DNA from: Thermodesulfobacteriota bacterium
Lineage (GTDB): Bacteria; Desulfobacterota_D; UBA1144; Nemesobacterales; JAJCZQ01
Assembly (NCBI GenBank): GCA_965215275.1
Contig: OZ244044.1
Span: forward strand, 992,001 to 1,056,000
DNA: 64,000 nucleotides
Reading direction: 5' to 3'
How positions within the stretch are numbered: the first letter of the stretch is position 1; each line of letters begins with the position of its first letter. The notes under the pieces are model-generated. The model ran no database searches. It was not told where the DNA came from and was given only the letters and a program-made list of their open reading frames with translations. The position numbers were made by a program, and so were the translations under genes. Shown piece by piece: positions 41,264-51,204 of the stretch.

Positions 41264-44200
41264 ATGCATATCAAATCATTGGAACTTACGGGTTTTAAAT
41301 CATTTCACGATAAAACCAAAGTAGGTTTTAACAAAGGCATCAACGCCATCGTTGGTCCCAACGGATGTGGCAAATCCAACATCATTGACGCAATAAGATG
41401 GGTGCTTGGGGAACAGAATCCCAGAACGCTCAGGGCAGACACTATGAAGGACCTGGTCTCTAATGGCTCGGACGTGTTAAAGCCCTACGGCATGGCAGAA
41501 GTCTCCATGGTGGTAAATGGCCTGCCGGGAATGAGTTTTGAAGATGTAAACATTAAAAGGAGACTTTACCGGTCAGGTGAGAGCGAATACTATATAAACG
41601 GAATAGAAAGCCGTCTGAAAGACGTTACGGAACTTTTTCTTGATACTGGCGCGGGTGCCGGGAGCTATTCAATAATCGGACAGGGTAAGGTCGAAGAGTT
41701 CATAACGGCAAAACCTGAAGAGAAAAGAAAGCTAATTGAAGAAGTGGCGGGAGTGGTAAAATACAAAACCCGCAGAAAGGAAACTCAAAGCCGCATTAAA
41801 ACCGCCCAGGAAAACCTGATCCGAGTATCCGATATAAAGTCGGAACTGCTCATACAGATGAAAAACCTGAGTAAGCAGGCAAAAGAAGCCGAGAAATACA
41901 AACGACTCAATAATGAACTCGCTATCTTGGAAATAAGCATTCTGGACCTGCAGTCCTCGGAAATGGAAGCAGAAAAAAATGCCCTTCTGCAGACAAGATC
42001 AGAACTTGAGAACAAAATAACCGGACTTCAGGAACAGAAGGTCAGCAAAACAAAAGTGCTGAGCGAAGAAGAACTGAAAAGCTCCAGTATAGATGAATCG
42101 GTGGACAGGCTTGAGGAAGAGGTACGCTCAATAGAATCACAGATCAATGAAAAGAAAGCGTTCCTTGAATATGCAGATAAACAGAGAGAGAGCATTGATG
42201 AGTTCACAGACAGACTGGAAAAAGATACAGGGTCCCTCGAAAATGAAAAATTACAGAACAACGAAGATACGGACAGAAAGAAAAAATACCTTGAGCAACA
42301 TGAAATAACCAAGCAGAAAATTCAGCAACAGCTGAAAGTAAAGACAGAAGAGCTTGAAAAGCTTAAAGTTGAATCAGAAAGCAATAAAACGGAACTTGAA
42401 CAGTCCAAACAGCTGTTCTTTGATATCCTGAACAGGCACAGTTCCATAAAGGGAACGGCAGAGGTGGTATCAAGGGAACTTGATGAGATCAAACTCAGGA
42501 AAGCAAAGATGGAGCAGGAAAAGGCAGACCTGAAGAAGCAAAGCGATCAGTTGTCCGCGGCCCTTGACGGTCTGAAAAACGAGCATAAAAGCTTAAAGCA
42601 TGAAAATACCGAACTGGAAAACGACCGGTCGCAGCAGAAAAACACGTGCGAGGTAAAAAGAAAAAGTTATAACGACCTGACCGGATCAATAAGCGATATC
42701 AAGGAGAAAATAAACGAAGCCTCATCCAGGGCGGACGTGCTGAAAAACATACAGGCTTCCTACGAATGGCTGCCCGAGGTTACCAGGGACTTTATTATCA
42801 ACAAGAGCTTTAACGGAGTTATTGGAATAATATCAGACTTTATTACGGTTCCAAAAAAGTACGAAAAGGCACTTGAAGCAGCTCTTGGAGAAAAGGCCAA
42901 CTGGGTTGCCGTAAAAAGCAGCAACGAGGCGGTGGAGGCGATCAGCAGGCTAAGGACCTCCAGCAAAGGAAGGAGCACGTTCATACCCGTGCAGAACATC
43001 GGTCACAGCGATACTTCAGAGATACCCGAAGGTAAGTATCAGAGGCTCACCGACCTTATAACGGTCAGGAACATCAACCCTGATATAATAGGTTCAGTAC
43101 TGAAAGACGTTTTTGTAGTTCCGACCATCAAGGACGCCATAGAGGCCAAGAACAGCTCAGACGCTCATGCTTTATACGCAACGCTGGAAGGTGACTTCAT
43201 AGATGATTCGGGATCCATTACCGGAGGATTTGCCTCAGGAGGCGTGTTTGAAAAAAGAAGAGAGGTCGAAGAACTGGACAGGGAACTGGCACGGCTCGGC
43301 AGTGAGCACAAGAACAAAAGCGATGAACAGGAAAGGGTCTTACGCGAAGTTAACGATATTGAAAGCAGAATTGATAACCTTGATTCCCTTCTGAAGGAAA
43401 AGGAAATAAAGATCGTCGAACTGGAAAAAGATATATCAAATACAGCTTCCACCGTTGCTGGTAACGAGAAAAACATCTCGAAGATAACGGGCGACATAGA
43501 GGAACTTGACGGATCAATAAAGGACAGGCAAAACAAAGTCCTGAAGTACAGCAGTGACCTGAAGGACCTTGAGAAAGACAGGGAAGAGGTCAACCTTCGT
43601 TTTAATAAGTTCGAAACGGTCGTTAAAAGCTACGAGAACAGGGAAAAGCTCATAGAGAAGGATATAACCGAACTGAAGGTCCATGCCGCCGCTTTGGATG
43701 AAACACAAAGGTCCACGCGTCGGGAAATAGATGACCTGACCGAAAGGACCAGCAGGATAGTGGATAAAATAAACGAGCAGAAAGACGAGATCATGTTAAA
43801 GGAAAGGGAAAAAACCGAACTGGCAGACAGGAAGGGATCAGCGGTAAAGGATATAGAGGAATTAGAGAATAGGTCAGGCGTTACCAGGCAGGAGCTGTCT
43901 GGCATAAAGGAGGAAAGACAAAGGGCAAAAGAAACCCTTAACACTGACAGGCAGAACATAGCCGATATCGATCAGGAACTGACGCAGATGAGAGAAGACA
44001 GGTCGTCCTGCGAGATCGAACTGCAGAGCGTGGTAAGTAAGCTTGATCACGTTCGTGAAAGGACCCAGAGGATCAGTGAAGAAAAAAACCTCGGGAAGGA
44101 CGTGGACGGTAAAAACGCCTATAAAGACGTCTCCCTTGATGAACTGAACGAAAAATATCAGAAGATGAAGCAGAAAGTGGACGGTTACGGACTGGTAAAT

Positions 44201-44785
44201 CTGCTGGCACCGGAAGAGTATCAGAAGCTTGAAGAAAGGCATGATCTTTTAAGTAAAAATACCGAAGATATAGAATCCTCTCTTGATGATCTAAAAAAAG
44301 CCATAAAAAAATTAGACAGGGAATCCATAACGAGATTTAAAAAAACGTTCGAAGAGGTAAACGATAAATTCGGAGAGATCGTAAGCAAACTGTTCCATGG
44401 TGGAGAAGGCAAACTGATCATAACGGACCCGGACGACCTTCTCGAGACGGGTATTGAGGTGATGGTAAAACCCAGAGGAAAAAGATTTCAGTCCATGAAC
44501 CTGCTTTCCGGCGGAGAGAAGGCGATCTCTGCAATTGCGCTCATAATGTCCGCCTGCCTGATCAAACCCGTGCCGTTCCTGCTTCTGGACGAAATAGACG
44601 CTCCACTGGACGAGGCAAACACCACAAGGTTTTCAAAACTCGTCCGGGAGATAGCAAAGAATTCCCAGGTCGTGCTGATTACTCACAATAAAATAACCAT
44701 GCTTGAAGTTGACACGTTAACCGGAATTACAGCAGACAGGTCGGCGGTCTCAAAAGTAGTAACGGCAGAACTGAACGTTGCCTGA
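41264..44785 (+). CDS. smc: Chromosome segregation protein SMC
   Basis: GFKSF, GPNGCGKSN, hinge GRSTFIP, LSGGE, LLDEIDAPLD. Confidence 0.96.
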   Translation: MHIKSLELTGFKSFHDKTKVGFNKGINAIVGPNGCGKSNIIDAIRWVLGEQNPRTLRADTMKDLVSNGSDVLKPYGMAEVSMVVNGLPGMSFEDVNIKRRLYRSGESEYYINGIESRLKDVTELFLDTGAGAGSYSIIGQGKVEEFITAKPEEKRKLIEEVAGVVKYKTRRKETQSRIKTAQENLIRVSDIKSELLIQMKNLSKQAKEAEKYKRLNNELAILEISILDLQSSEMEAEKNALLQTRSELENKITGLQEQKVSKTKVLSEEELKSSSIDESVDRLEEEVRSIESQINEKKAFLEYADKQRESIDEFTDRLEKDTGSLENEKLQNNEDTDRKKKYLEQHEITKQKIQQQLKVKTEELEKLKVESESNKTELEQSKQLFFDILNRHSSIKGTAEVVSRELDEIKLRKAKMEQEKADLKKQSDQLSAALDGLKNEHKSLKHENTELENDRSQQKNTCEVKRKSYNDLTGSISDIKEKINEASSRADVLKNIQASYEWLPEVTRDFIINKSFNGVIGIISDFITVPKKYEKALEAALGEKANWVAVKSSNEAVEAISRLRTSSKGRSTFIPVQNIGHSDTSEIPEGKYQRLTDLITVRNINPDIIGSVLKDVFVVPTIKDAIEAKNSSDAHALYATLEGDFIDDSGSITGGFASGGVFEKRREVEELDRELARLGSEHKNKSDEQERVLREVNDIESRIDNLDSLLKEKEIKIVELEKDISNTASTVAGNEKNISKITGDIEELDGSIKDRQNKVLKYSSDLKDLEKDREEVNLRFNKFETVVKSYENREKLIEKDITELKVHAAALDETQRSTRREIDDLTERTSRIVDKINEQKDEIMLKEREKTELADRKGSAVKDIEELENRSGVTRQELSGIKEERQRAKETLNTDRQNIADIDQELTQMREDRSSCEIELQSVVSKLDHVRERTQRISEEKNLGKDVDGKNAYKDVSLDELNEKYQKMKQKVDGYGLVNLLAPEEYQKLEERHDLLSKNTEDIESSLDDLKKAIKKLDRESITRFKKTFEEVNDKFGEIVSKLFHGGEGKLIITDPDDLLETGIEVMVKPRGKRFQSMNLLSGGEKAISAIALIMSACLIKPVPFLLLDEIDAPLDEANTTRFSKLVREIAKNSQVVLITHNKITMLEVDTLTGITADRSAVSKVVTAELNVA

Positions 44786-44897
44786 CCTTTTAAGTTTCCG
44801 TCAGCAGCCGGTTCTTCAACTACATTGCTTTAACAGCCGTTAGTTCTTATACTTTTCTTTGGTTTTTACTCATTCACGGTCACATTACTGCAACGTT

Positions 44898-47750
44898 ATG
44901 ATTTCTTATATACTGAAAAAGATCGTAGGTTCCAAGAACGAAAGAGAGATCAGGGGAATAGAGAAGACGGTAAACCATATAAACTCCCTTGAGCCCGAGT
45001 TCTCCAGGCTCACAAACGCCGAGATCAGATCAAAAGCCGCAAATTTTATCGATACGGTCCAGTCCGGCTCAGATAATGATAAGAACGTTGACGATGACCA
45101 TTTCAAAAAGCTTACCGAAGCACTGGACGAGATCATACCTCCTGCGTTCGCGCTGGTAAGAGAAGCCGGACGGCGAACGCTCGGAATGAGGCATTTTAAC
45201 GTGCAGCTTATAGGCGGAATAGTTCTGCATAAAGGCAGAATAGCGGAGATGAAAACCGGTGAAGGTAAAACGCTCGTTGCGGTCCTTCCTCTGTTCCTGA
45301 ACGGAATAAGCGGTCAGGGAGCCCACCTTGTTACGGTAAACGACTACCTGGCAGCAAGGGACGCCACCTGGATGGGACCCGTTTATAAACTGCTGAACGC
45401 GACCGTGGGGGTAATAAATCACGACAGGTCCTATCTCGTTGACTGGGAAGATCCGGAAAGGGCAGAAAAGGCAATAGAGCAGAATCTATCCGTATGGCCA
45501 AATGGAAAGTCAGACGAAGAAATACCTCCTGAAAAAAACCTTGAAGTCCTGTCCGCATTTAAAACAAAGCTCGTTCCCTGTACCCGGCAGGAAGCCTACT
45601 CTGCACATGTGACCTACGGAACCAATAATGAATTCGGTTTTGATTATTTAAGGGACAATATGAAATTCTCTCTTGATGATTACGTGCAGAGGGGACATTT
45701 TTACTCAATCGTGGACGAAGTCGACAGTATACTGATAGATGAAGCAAGAACCCCTCTCATAATATCAGGACCTTCGGAAGACCGTACGGACCTTTACTAT
45801 AAAGTCGATAAGATCGTCAAAACGCTCAGACCGGAGAAAGATTTCACTCTGGATGAAAAAGCAAAGCAGGCAAATCTGACCGAAGTCGGAATATCAAAAG
45901 TGGAAAACCTGCTGAACTTAAACAACATTTACGACCCGTCAAACCTGGACCACCTTCATCACGTTAATCAATCATTAAAGGCTAACAGCCTGTTTAAAAA
46001 AGACGTTGATTACATGATCCAGGACAATAAGGTGGTAATAGTGGATGAATTCACGGGAAGACTGATGCCGGGAAGAAGATGGAGCGATGGGCTCCATCAG
46101 GCCGTCGAAGCCAAGGAAAACGTCCAGATCGAAAATGAAAATCAGACCCTGGCGACTATCACCATTCAGAACTACTTCAGAATGTACAGTAAGCTTGCCG
46201 GTATGACCGGTACCGCGGACACGGAGGCAACGGAGTTTAAGAACATTTACCATCTGGACGTAAACGTCGTACCGACCCATAAACCCATTGCAAGAACGGA
46301 CTATAATGATTCCATCTATAAAACGGAAGAGGAGAAATATGACGCGGTCTGTCAGCAGATCGGTGAATTAAATAAAAAGGGGACCCCTATCCTCGTCGGT
46401 ACCATCTCGATCGAGCAATCGGAAAAACTGAGCAGGAGGCTGAACGCTCAGAATCTGAAACACAGCGTTCTCAATGCAAAGCATCACTCAAAAGAAGCAG
46501 AAATAATCGCTCAGGCAGGAAGGATAAGTTCCATAACGATCGCAACGAACATGGCTGGCAGGGGCACGGACATCCTTCTCGGGGGCAACCCTGAGTTCCT
46601 GGCCAGGGACCTGATGAAGAAAGAGCATGGAGCAGACGAGAACAACTTCAGCACTGAGCAGTACGAAGAAGCTATGATAAACGCAAGGAACATCTGCGAG
46701 AAGGAAAAGCAGAAAGTGATAGACCTTGGAGGAGTGCATATCATAGGGACCTGCAGGCATGAATCGAGAAGGATCGATAATCAGCTCAGGGGCAGGTCCG
46801 GCAGGCAGGGAGACCCGGGTTCCTCAAAGTTCTATATATCCCTGGAAGATGACCTGATGCGGATCTTCGCGTCTGAAAGGGTTACGGGAATTATGGATAA
46901 GTTAGGATGGGAAAAAGGAGAACCCATTGAGCACAAGATGATCACAAGGTCGATCGAAAACGCACAGAAAAAGGTCGAGGGTCGCAACTTCGACATAAGA
47001 AAACATCTTCTGGAATATGATGACGTGCTCAATACCCAGCGAGAGGTGGTTTACTCGCTGAGAAGAGAAATACTTACGGGTGGTGATGAACTGAAGGAAC
47101 ATTTTTACCAGGTAATTGACGTTCTGGTCGATGAACTGTCCCTTTATCACCTTCCTGATAAACCAGACGGTGATACTGACCTTACGGACATTCAGGACGC
47201 CGTACAGAGAATATTCGCTCTGAGCCTTAACCTCAACGACAGGACCTCCGACGGTGCAACGCAGGGGTCCGCAGCGGAGTACTTAAAGTCCGAGATAAAA
47301 AGATGCTACGAGGAAAAAGAAAGCAGTATAGGTCCTGATGTACTGAGGCAGGTTGAAAGGTACATAATGCTTCAGACGCTGGACTATCTGTGGAAGGACC
47401 ACCTTCTGGGCATGGACCACCTAAGAGAAGGGATAAATCTTCGTGGATACGCACAAAAGGACCCGCTTCTGGAATATAAGAAGGAAGGATTTGACAGGTT
47501 TACCTCCACTATGAAGCTGTACAACGAGGAGATATGCGAAAAGCTGTTTAAAGTACAGCCGGTCTCCGAGGTTGATATGAAAGAAATGGAAGAAAGAAGA
47601 AAGCAGGAAGAGCAGAACCTGATATTCGGCAGAGGGGACGAGCAGGAAGAAAAAGTTCAGAAGCCCATAAGACGTGAGAAAAAGATCGGAAGGAACGCTC
47701 CCTGCCCCTGTGGGAGCGGACTGAAGTATAAAAAATGCTGTGGAAGGTAA
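44898..47750 (+). CDS. secA: Preprotein translocase subunit SecA
   Basis: MKTGEGKT, DEVDSILIDEARTPLIISG, RRIDNQLRGRSGRQGD, SEC-C CPCGSGLKYKKCC. Confidence 0.97.
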   Translation: MISYILKKIVGSKNEREIRGIEKTVNHINSLEPEFSRLTNAEIRSKAANFIDTVQSGSDNDKNVDDDHFKKLTEALDEIIPPAFALVREAGRRTLGMRHFNVQLIGGIVLHKGRIAEMKTGEGKTLVAVLPLFLNGISGQGAHLVTVNDYLAARDATWMGPVYKLLNATVGVINHDRSYLVDWEDPERAEKAIEQNLSVWPNGKSDEEIPPEKNLEVLSAFKTKLVPCTRQEAYSAHVTYGTNNEFGFDYLRDNMKFSLDDYVQRGHFYSIVDEVDSILIDEARTPLIISGPSEDRTDLYYKVDKIVKTLRPEKDFTLDEKAKQANLTEVGISKVENLLNLNNIYDPSNLDHLHHVNQSLKANSLFKKDVDYMIQDNKVVIVDEFTGRLMPGRRWSDGLHQAVEAKENVQIENENQTLATITIQNYFRMYSKLAGMTGTADTEATEFKNIYHLDVNVVPTHKPIARTDYNDSIYKTEEEKYDAVCQQIGELNKKGTPILVGTISIEQSEKLSRRLNAQNLKHSVLNAKHHSKEAEIIAQAGRISSITIATNMAGRGTDILLGGNPEFLARDLMKKEHGADENNFSTEQYEEAMINARNICEKEKQKVIDLGGVHIIGTCRHESRRIDNQLRGRSGRQGDPGSSKFYISLEDDLMRIFASERVTGIMDKLGWEKGEPIEHKMITRSIENAQKKVEGRNFDIRKHLLEYDDVLNTQREVVYSLRREILTGGDELKEHFYQVIDVLVDELSLYHLPDKPDGDTDLTDIQDAVQRIFALSLNLNDRTSDGATQGSAAEYLKSEIKRCYEEKESSIGPDVLRQVERYIMLQTLDYLWKDHLLGMDHLREGINLRGYAQKDPLLEYKKEGFDRFTSTMKLYNEEICEKLFKVQPVSEVDMKEMEERRKQEEQNLIFGRGDEQEEKVQKPIRREKKIGRNAPCPCGSGLKYKKCCGR

Positions 47751-47907
47751 ACTACAGACCGGACCTGCCGCTGGTCCCGCTGGAACCGGGCCAGGGAAAA
47801 ACAAAACGCTTCCAGCACGATCAACGGTATAATACTACAGACGAAGATAGCACCAGCAGCGTATTATATGGTATACTAAACAAGACGAAGGTGCCGTAAC
47901 CGACATT

Positions 47908-48180
47908 ATGAAAAACAGATTTAAATTACATTCCTATATATCACCATCTTCATCCTTTCTGGGGCTTGTGATCTTTGTATTCATCATACTGTCCCTGATA
48001 CTGTTCTCGTTCTTTGGAATTATTGCCTTTATCATAGCTTCCGTAATTGCACTTGTAGCTTCAGTTATAAGACTTTTAAGGCCCTCACGGAAAAAATTCA
48101 AGGACTACAATCCAGCGACAAAGACCCTGACCCTGGAAGAAAATGATTACGAGATCATAGAGGACGACCCGCAGAAATAA
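47908..48180 (+). CDS. Small hypothetical membrane protein
   Basis: 90 aa, long hydrophobic segment, acidic tail. Confidence 0.7.
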   Translation: MKNRFKLHSYISPSSSFLGLVIFVFIILSLILFSFFGIIAFIIASVIALVASVIRLLRPSRKKFKDYNPATKTLTLEENDYEIIEDDPQK

Positions 48181-48193
48181 CGTCTGAAGATCT

Positions 48194-49555
48194 TCAGATC
48201 CTGTCCCTGCACTCCTGCAGTTCTGATTCGATCATATGCCTGATCTCGTTCAATCTCTCTTTCGACCGGGCTTCAAATCTCATCACCAGGGCAGGCTGCG
48301 TGTTGGAAGCCCGTATAAGTCCCCATCCATCAGGAAAGTTGACCCTTACCCCATCTATATCCACGACTTCGTGATCGGACCTGAGCTTTTCCGTAACGCT
48401 CTCGACCAGTTTAAATTTTATGTCCTCTTCACAGTCCACTCTTATCTCCGGAGTGGAGCAGGTTTCAGGTACGTGAGATAGGAGTTCAGACAGCTTTCTT
48501 TCCGTGCCTGAAATTATTTCCAGTAACCTGAGTGCGGCATACAGAGCATCATCGTAGCCGTAGAACCTGTCGTTGAAGAAAACGTGTCCGCTCATCTCAC
48601 CGGCAAGTACTGCACCGGTTTCCCCTATTTTGTTCTTAATAAGAGAATGTCCCGTTTTCCACATGACGGGGTTTCCGCCTGCCCTTCTGATCTCACCGAA
48701 CAGCTCAGAGGAACATTTAACGTCCCCTATTACCGTTGCACCTTTGATCTTTTCCAGAATGCTCAGGGCATAGATAAGTACGAGCATATCTCCCCAGATG
48801 ATACTTCCGTTCTCATCCAGCACCCCGATACGGTCGCCGTCCCCGTCGAACGCTATTCCGACCTCACATCCGTTATCAACAACGGCTCTGCGCAGGTCCT
48901 TTAAGTTCTCCTCCACTGTGGGATCAGGATGATGATTTGGAAAACTGCCGTCCGGATCTGAATAAAGCTCTACAAGGTCACATCCCAGCTCTCTAAGGAC
49001 CGCGGGTCCTGCCAGTCCGACCATACCGTTACCACAGTCAACTGCCACCTTCAGACCTCGTCTGATATTGATGTCCTTTCTTATATCCTTTGAGTAGGCA
49101 TCCGTAACTGACCGCTCCTGCACCAGGCCGCTTCCTTTTTCAAAGTCGTCTTTTTCAATAAGTTCCTTCAGTCCTTTTATCCCGGCACCAAATAACGAAC
49201 TCTTCCCGACGTTCAGCTTCATACCGTTGTAATCCTTAGGATTATGACTTGCCGTCACCATAACCCCTCCATCGACCTTCAGGTTGAATAAGGAAAAGTA
49301 AAGGATCGGAGTGGAGACGAGACCGATGTCCACAACGCTTACCCCCGTGTCAACGATACCCTGAATTAACGACCCTGAGAGGCTCGGGGAACTCGACCTG
49401 CAGTCTCTGCCCACTGAGACCACCCTGCCCCCGTTTCTTCTGATCAAAGTACCGTAAGCCCTTCCGATCAGCACGGCGTCACGTTCCCGTATATCCAGAC
49501 CGTATACGCCCCTTATATCGTACTCTCTGAAAATATCCTGTCTTATACTCGCCAT
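48194..49555 (-). CDS. Phosphomannomutase/phosphoglucomutase
   Basis: FREYDIRG, TASHNP, FDGDGDR, GEMSGH, RASNTQP. Confidence 0.95.
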   Translation of the reverse strand: MASIRQDIFREYDIRGVYGLDIRERDAVLIGRAYGTLIRRNGGRVVSVGRDCRSSSPSLSGSLIQGIVDTGVSVVDIGLVSTPILYFSLFNLKVDGGVMVTASHNPKDYNGMKLNVGKSSLFGAGIKGLKELIEKDDFEKGSGLVQERSVTDAYSKDIRKDINIRRGLKVAVDCGNGMVGLAGPAVLRELGCDLVELYSDPDGSFPNHHPDPTVEENLKDLRRAVVDNGCEVGIAFDGDGDRIGVLDENGSIIWGDMLVLIYALSILEKIKGATVIGDVKCSSELFGEIRRAGGNPVMWKTGHSLIKNKIGETGAVLAGEMSGHVFFNDRFYGYDDALYAALRLLEIISGTERKLSELLSHVPETCSTPEIRVDCEEDIKFKLVESVTEKLRSDHEVVDIDGVRVNFPDGWGLIRASNTQPALVMRFEARSKERLNEIRHMIESELQECRDRI

Positions 49556-49672
49556 CGTCCTTATCTGATCATGTATTTAAGATCTGCCGGTAATTATAAT
49601 TGGGACTTATATACTTTAGTACCCAACAAAAGATTTAACAGATAAATAGTATTGTAATATAATTACAGAGGA

Positions 49673-51064
49673 ATGGATAGTGAAAAGAGGATAATTAAGC
49701 AGACGAGGACGGAACGCAGAGTGGCTGGATTGAATCACCCTTCAACTCATAAGGGTTTGGAAAGGACTTTGGACCAGCTTACCTATCTGTATAACAGCGC
49801 TCTGGAAGAAAGGAAAGAAGCGTACAAAAAATACAAGAAGCTGAAGAAGTGGGGTTTGTCAGAAGAAAGATTACAGATGTATTTCTACCCACAATGGGAG
49901 TTTGGTACTTCTTACAACAAGAAGAACAGAGTTAAATATCTGGATACAGTTTATGAAGCAGTTAACAGGTTAGTAAGTAATATCAGACCTTGCGATGATC
50001 CTGTTAACTGGAGAGAGTTAACAAAACAGGAGCTAAAGAAGAAGTCAGTCAGTTACGAAGATCAGGCGAAGTCACTGACTGAGATAAGGAATGATGTTTT
50101 ATTGAAAGGATTCAACAAGGCAGGCGTTCAGGGACAGCAAAGGACGTTAAAGAGAGTGGATAAGGCTTACAGTGATTATATTAAAGGATTGAGAGGCAGT
50201 CCGAGATATAAGAACAGCAGCAGGAAGGTAAGAAGTTTTGAAACATATACATGGGGAAATGTAAAGAAAGGTGAGAGAAGGACATATTTAACGGTAAAGG
50301 GAGTTGGGAGGATCTCATTCAGAGGAAGCATACCGGAAGGAACAAAATACATAAGGATATTAAGAACAGCTTTAAGAGTAGAGATCCAGTTTATTTACGA
50401 AACAATAGCTGGAGAGGACAGAGGACTGGACAGACCTGTAGGAATGGACCTTGGAGTAAGGAACAGGATTGCTTTATCAGATGGGTCGTTTTACAAGGGA
50501 ACTGAAGTAAGCAGAAAGAAAGACAAAAGAAAGCAAAGAGCAGTTTCAAGAGCTGAGAAAAGTTCGAACGGCAGAAAGAAGAAGATAAAGCTGCTTGGGA
50601 AGGAACATGCAAGAACAGCAATGAAGGAACATAACAAAGTTCACAGGTTAACTACAGAACTGTCAAGAGCGTATAATTTTGTTATATCAGAAGATCTGAG
50701 ATTAAGGGATATGAGCAGATCGGCAAAGGGGAACGTGGGAGATCCGGGTAAGAAAGTAAAGCAGAAATCTGGATTAAACAGGTCCTTACGGGAACAGCAA
50801 TTGGGCAAGGTATTAAATCAGCTTGAATACAAGGTTAAAAGCACTGGTGGCAAGCTGATCAGGAACCCGGCTCAATATACGTCACAGACCTGTTCTGAGT
50901 GCGGATACAGAGATAAAAGGAACAGAAAAGGAGAAGTATTTAAGTGTGTGTATTGCGGTCATAAAGACCATGCAGACACGAATGCAGCTATAAACATTTG
51001 CAATAGTGAAAAGACACTATGTCGGGTGGGACAGCCAGACTTGAGTTCCCGATGCAAGCTGTAA
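49673..51064 (+). CDS. tnpB: TnpB RNA-guided endonuclease
   Basis: LYNSALEER, RuvC-I GMDLG, RuvC-II ISEDL, KSGLNRSL, YTSQTCSEC...CVYC, RuvC-III HADTNAA. Confidence 0.93.
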   Translation: MDSEKRIIKQTRTERRVAGLNHPSTHKGLERTLDQLTYLYNSALEERKEAYKKYKKLKKWGLSEERLQMYFYPQWEFGTSYNKKNRVKYLDTVYEAVNRLVSNIRPCDDPVNWRELTKQELKKKSVSYEDQAKSLTEIRNDVLLKGFNKAGVQGQQRTLKRVDKAYSDYIKGLRGSPRYKNSSRKVRSFETYTWGNVKKGERRTYLTVKGVGRISFRGSIPEGTKYIRILRTALRVEIQFIYETIAGEDRGLDRPVGMDLGVRNRIALSDGSFYKGTEVSRKKDKRKQRAVSRAEKSSNGRKKKIKLLGKEHARTAMKEHNKVHRLTTELSRAYNFVISEDLRLRDMSRSAKGNVGDPGKKVKQKSGLNRSLREQQLGKVLNQLEYKVKSTGGKLIRNPAQYTSQTCSECGYRDKRNRKGEVFKCVYCGHKDHADTNAAINICNSEKTLCRVGQPDLSSRCKL

Positions 51065-51154
51065 ATGTTTTATCAAAAGAGAACGGGGAATTAAGAGGGA
51101 CTCTGCTTGCAGAACAGTATGTTTAGTACTTGTGTACTAAAGTATATAAGTCCC
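51020..51154 (+). ncRNA. Putative TnpB omega-RNA scaffold (boundaries uncertain)
   Basis: Overlaps the tnpB 3' end; stems TCGGG/CCCGA, TGCAAGC/GCTTGCA and TTTAGTAC-ttgt-GTACTAAA. Confidence 0.55.
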
Positions 51155-51204
51155 TTATAAAGCCGTTATTGACTTTGATAAGTTACTTCTTATTATTCCT
51201 GACT

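Larger units (their letters stand above)
49602..51154. mobile_element. Transposase-free element with IS1595-like TIRs carrying tnpB
   Basis: Perfect 21-bp TIR GGGACTTATATACTTTAGTAC (49602-49622 / 51134-51154), 24/25 if extended; flanks TTATAATT / TTATAAAG. Confidence 0.85.

Noticed and set aside
49673..51064. TnpB as Cas12 or as a standard IS605/IS607 element
   Set aside because: No CRISPR array, no Y1 or serine TnpA nearby; the boundaries are TIRs instead.
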